The notes beneath the pieces are model-generated. The model was not told the origin of the DNA, did no database searches, and saw nothing but the letters and a program-made list of their open reading frames with translations. Made by a program: the position numbers and the translations under genes. 64,000 bases of DNA from Bugula neritina (lineage: Eukaryota; Animalia; Bryozoa): assembly GCA_964035545.1 (NCBI GenBank), contig OZ037765.1:26473504-26537503 (forward strand). Reading direction: 5' to 3'. Positions 59,201 through 64,000 of the stretch are shown here, piece after piece; position 1 is the first letter of the stretch, and every line of letters starts with the position of its first letter.

Positions 59201-62200
59201 CCATTGAAGCCAGTGGAATATTCAGCTGGGTTAACCAATACAAGGCCTCTGTAGACATCACTACTCCATTTGTATCGTAAGTTGATACATCTTTTGTTTT
59301 TCAAACTAATGTGCTTCATAAAATTTATATTTTAATTTTTTTACAGTTATTTTGGAGAAAAAATATTAAATTTTGCTGTTTCAGTCTCCGAAGCATGGTT
59401 GCTGACATCACCATCGACAGCCAGTTCCCCGCCAAGATGGCCTCCTCGTTTGAGTTCCAAACTAGTCAGATGTCCGAGAAGATGTCATCCATCCTCAACT
59501 ACGATATGGCTGCTAAAACCTTCTCCTACACTCTGCGATCTCCATTTGCATCAGTCAAGTCATTCGAGTTCACTAGCTCTGCTGCTCCCAGACCCACTGC
59601 GACGATGAAATTGAACGGTGAAACCTTGTTTACTCTTTCTGGAAACTTCCAGATGGCTAGCATCCTGAAGCACACCATGGATGTCACCGTGACTTATCCA
59701 TTTTTCAACAAGTTCATCCGTGTCCAGGTTAGCATACTTGAAATAGTTGACAAAGGTTATGCACTGTGTGATTGTGCGATTACAAGTTGTGTATATCATC
59801 TATGATGTTCAACCTAATGATGGTTTGTTTTATAATTATAGATTGATAATGACTTCAACTCCACCAACAGTCTGAAGAGCTATGTTGATCTGATGTACGC
59901 AAGTGACAAGGAAATCAGCTTCAAGGTTGACTACACATCCGCTGCTTCAAGCTCCTTGAGCTTCACCCTGGAGACTCCATTTGAGATGCTAGAGAAGACC
60001 ACCTATGTTATGTCCTACTCCGGCAATCACATGAAATGGGATGAGAACACCAGATTTGAGTCTTACTATGGCACAGTACGTAATCAACCAACGTAAAATT
60101 TATGTCTAATTACTTTAACAATCTGCCAGCTGGATTCACTGTTTTGAGCAAATCGGTAATTTGGTGTGTTATGTTATTCCAGATCAGTTCCAGCACCTCT
60201 TTCTCCTTGACCAACGGACTGACCTACCATCAGACCATCACCGGAGATATGAAGAATGGCATGACTCCATTCAACCTGCAGAAAGACTTCATCTTCACTG
60301 GAATGACTGACAAGTTTGACGTCCAAGCTAGCATATCCGGTAGCTTTATTCCAGAAACCAAGTTCGAGACCTCTTGGCAATACGATCCTCTTGTAACCAA
60401 CCTGAAGGCAGCTTTCAACCAGCACTCTCTGGAATACAACCACCGAGGAGATGTTATCTCTGACTTCACCTGCAGCTGGAAGATTGTCTCCCCTGTTGTT
60501 GGGTAATTATTTGTATATAATAAATTAGAAAAAATGGCTGAAAATATTTGTGTAATTTACGGATTTGTTTTCGAGCAAACCATATCTCTATTTGTATAAA
60601 TTCTATTAGAAAAAGTGTAGCAACATTTCCTTATATTATAACAAGTGCTGATATTACATGTAGAACAATTCTCAACGAGGATGTTCAGCAGTTGGAAGGC
60701 GAGTGGACCATTAAGAACGCTGGATACTCATTCTCTACCGACATCTCTTGTCCAAACCACAACTTCAAGATGGACTGGGACCTGAGCTCTTTGTCTGGTA
60801 CCTTCAACTCCCAATATACTGATGGAACCGACATCTTCAGATCTGTCGCCTCTTTCAAGCGCTCCGCCACTCCATTCAAGTACGTTTTATTGAACCGGCA
60901 TTTTCTTTTAGTCCAATACATTGCTCAATATGCTGAACTGGTTAACTGGAAATTATTGGTTATATTTGCATGTGTTGGTGTTATTAGGTATGAAGGTTCT
61001 TTCTCCATGGAAGCTCCTGGTGAGAAGCTGACTTCATCCATCATGCTGACTGAGAACTCCCTTGACCTGCCTCTGTTCACCTGGAACAATAAGGAGTACA
61101 TCACCATCAGAGCCAAGAACCCATTGAATGCTGACGAGGAATACAAACCCACCATTGTTCTTGTTGTGGATGGAGAAACCTATGAGTTTGATGGACTCTA
61201 CAAGAATGTTGGATCCGGTTTAGTCCGTGACTTCAAGCTGCACATGAATGGACCACGAGGATTCAAAGATGTTATCGACTTCCAGTTTGAATTCAGGTTA
61301 GAAATAGTTTGAAAATACTTGAATGCATATTGCATGACACATTTTTGTATTCATTGTGTTTGTTGATGAAGTGATACTCATGTGCTTTTTTTCTATTTAG
61401 AACTCAGAGCGCCCAGCTGGTTCCAGGAGATATGAAATTCTTCCTTTCATATGTACCTGCTCAGAACGCTGAAATCAAGCTCGTTGATTTGACTGGTACA
61501 TGGGGCAACGATCATGCTACATTCATCTTCAGAGACCCCACCCCCATGAAATACAACATGGACTTCTCTGTATCCACCACTGGACAGACCGCTACAGTCA
61601 GTACCTAGCCTATTTATTGCTATTACTAACCCTCTTGTTTTTCTGTTATGAGTTACAGTTGGTGACTTTTGTTGTTCAATTTATTGATTTGTTTCCAGTT
61701 TGAGGCCAACTGGGACACGACAGCCACCGATAAGAATGCTAAGCTAGAGATTGTCAACAAGTTTGCCTCCTCCAGCAGAAAGCTTTCATCAAGCATTGAC
61801 ATCAACCTTGTCTACACTGGCATCTCCAGAGGTCTTACCAGCGAGATGGAATGGACTACCGACGCTTTCAGCCATCTGCTCACTCTTGGTAACTTATTTT
61901 CTCTGTTTAGATGTTGTTTTCATTGTGTTGTATTTTGGCTGTGTTGCATTGTTTACATCTAATGGTATGTTTTGTAGACTATAATGGAAAATCAATCGGG
62001 TACGAAGTGAAATCTGATCAAATTTCTGGCGTTAGCATTGAATTGCTCTCCGAGTGGCGCAGTGTCAAGGTCACCCTGAACAACAAGACTGTTACCAACG
62101 GCAATGAGCTCCAGGTTGGCTTCTACTGGGACAGCCAGAGAGACACTCAGAAAAGATTTATTGGAACCAGCCAATGGGTGAACATGGGAACCAACAGCTA

Positions 62201-64000
62201 TAAATGGACCACCACCATCTCTCACCCAGCTCTCCTTAAGGTAGTCATAGATCTGTTATTTATAAATAAATAATTTCACACATATTTTATGCATACTGAT
62301 ATATCATTTATGGTGTAATATAAAATTTGTTTTGTTCTTTCTAGGATATCACCATCACAGATCTGATCTCCTTCAACACCAACCAGCACTACTTTGACTT
62401 CCAGAAGATGATCTCCTATTCTGCTGACACAACAAAAGATGTTACTTTTGACATGAACCTGCAGAAAGACCTGCAATGGGGCGTCAGTCTGAAGCAGACC
62501 TTCAACAAGATCGATATCAGAGTTGGAACTGAATTCACCACCACTGGTAGCACCACCTCTGTCAAATACATGGACTCCAATGGTCAAATGAAGAGCTTTG
62601 CCCTCGTATCCAAATTCAATCCAACCACAATGGCTGCTTCTATGGAAGTAAGTCTTAAATTGCTTTGTATCACTTGAAGTTTTATCAATTTTCAAAAACT
62701 TTCAACCAACCTGTGTAATCATCATAGTGTTAACTTATAATTATTATTTTAGTTGCAGACACCAATGAAGACTGTGAAACTGGCTACTGCTTCCTCCAAG
62801 ACCACCCTGACTCTCTCCACCACCATTGATGGTGAGACCTACAGCACTGACATCACCCTCCGCCCATCCGACTACTACATGCTGATCAAGCTCTCTGGTG
62901 TGAACGGTAACATGCAGTTCGCAGCTCAGAAGATAGTTGGCGGATACGAGATTCAGCTGACCAAGACTAACGGTACAAAGACCACTGTGGAAGGGCTGGC
63001 CGCTCTCAGCATGAATGCTTCTCGCCTGGTCAACGGCAAACTCCACTGGAACCCAACTTTGGTGTCCGACATCAAGGTTCGTATATCACACACTGGAACT
63101 GGTTTTTAGACTTGTTATAGCAAAAGAAATTCACTTTTCATACTAAATTCCTATTAATGTGTGTTGACATTACATTACAGGCTCAGATTGCTGCCATCCG
63201 CTCCTCGCTGAAGAACACCATCAAGAGTATGTCTGCTGCTGCCAACGCTGAGGCCACCTTGAAGATGAGCAAGATGCAACTCGGATCTGACTTTGACCAA
63301 ATTATGCCTCACCAGACCAGAGAGTACGATCTGTTTATGCAAGACTTGGCCACTGCTAAGGTTATGGTCCAACAAGGCTACGAGCAGAACATCTTCTACC
63401 TGAAATCTATTGACGAGTTCACCAGGTAAGTTTCTGAATTATACTTTTATGTGACTAAGCCGAGTCTATTCCATGAGTCTGTGTAAATTAATATTGTTTA
63501 ATAAATATCTTGATAATTAACTGGGTGTTATGATCTTGCAGCTCTCTCTTCTCCACCATGGCTCTGAGATTTGAAGAATTCTGCACAGAACTTGAAAGTT
63601 TCTATAGCGATGTTGTCGTACCTAAAATGTCCTACTTGGGAGAACAAACCCAGCAGACCATGCTTAGTATTGCTACCGAGTTTAGCAACATCAAGAGACG
63701 AATGCAAAACTTTGGAATCAACATGGCTACTAAGATGATGGGTGAGTACTATAACCAACTGGATGATTCTAGTAGAGTTATTATATGCTTCTCCTCAGTT
63801 CCCATGCTGTTTCCTGCAGTTCATTATTTCATGAGTTGGTTGTTGTTGCAGAGAGCACAGAAAGTATGCGCCGACGCATGACTAGACTCAACAGCTGGCT
63901 GCAATCTGGCATCGACACTGTTTCTGAGTTTGTCAAGGAGCACCCCATCGCACAGACCTTGAAGGCCTACCACGTCTCCATTGTGACCAGCTTCAACAGC
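44215..64000 (+). CDS. Large lipid transfer protein, apolipophorin/vitellogenin/apoB superfamily (~44 exons, >4,300 aa in window, 3' truncated)
   Basis: Signal peptide MAFRNYILLFSLVVSTIAG (44215-44269). Vitellogenin_N/LPD_N motifs YTIGNTYSYTYEG, LNIKRGVLSTFQ, ETDVSGVC, LKAFGNAG, ELRIHAFL, NQVGSFVWTYL, RKFSRN and IPRSAMLNVTVDMFGNSINLVELGGRVQGLE, then PTCVGLPMNL, followed by long amphipathic beta repeats and a helical region at the window end. Confidence 0.95.
55263..57646 (+). CDS. 2.4-kb LLTP exon encoding tandem ~52-aa beta-strand repeats
   Basis: AG acceptor 55261-55262 and GTAAG donor at 57647. TPW/SPW/TPF motifs recur every ~150-160 nt (e.g. near 56171, 56326, 56482, 56632, 56795, 56948, 57103, 57260). 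Confidence 0.9.

Noticed and set aside
45742-63758. Many minus-strand and alternate-frame ORFs over the LLTP
   Set aside because: Shadow ORFs from codon bias of the plus-strand exons; no coherent splice chain or motifs.

Overview
AT-rich, intron-dense animal (invertebrate) genomic DNA. There is no sign of prokaryotic operons, CRISPR arrays or intact RNA genes. Three spliced protein-coding genes can be built by hand from GT-AG sites. (1) Minus strand, ATG at 31391 running off the window start: a giant secreted or surface mosaic protein of about 50 exons and ~2,700 aa inside the window. Domain order is signal peptide - WSC-like - somatomedin B - CUB x2 - C-type lectin - F5/8C-like - LamG/pentraxin-like x2 - F5/8C/fucolectin-like - sushi x3 - two kringles (one nested inside the other) - sushi x3 - EGF x2 - sushi x8, including a recent tandem duplication of a two-exon sushi pair. 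(2) Minus strand, 41403 to ~32633: cytosolic HMG-CoA synthase (HMGCS1-like) with a non-coding first exon and a CCAAT/SRE-like/E-box promoter near 42.2 kb. (3) Plus strand, from 44215 past the window end: a very large lipid transfer protein (apolipophorin/vitellogenin/apoB superfamily, >4,300 aa here) with ~52-aa beta-strand repeats, head-to-head with HMGCS. Introns carry MITEs, tRNA-derived SINEs, minisatellites and two long perfect palindromes. The best leads are the kringle-in-kringle cassette, the overall mosaic architecture with apparently dead exons, and the divergent HMGCS/LLTP lipid gene pair. Exon boundaries were read manually, domain calls are motif-based and no database search was run.
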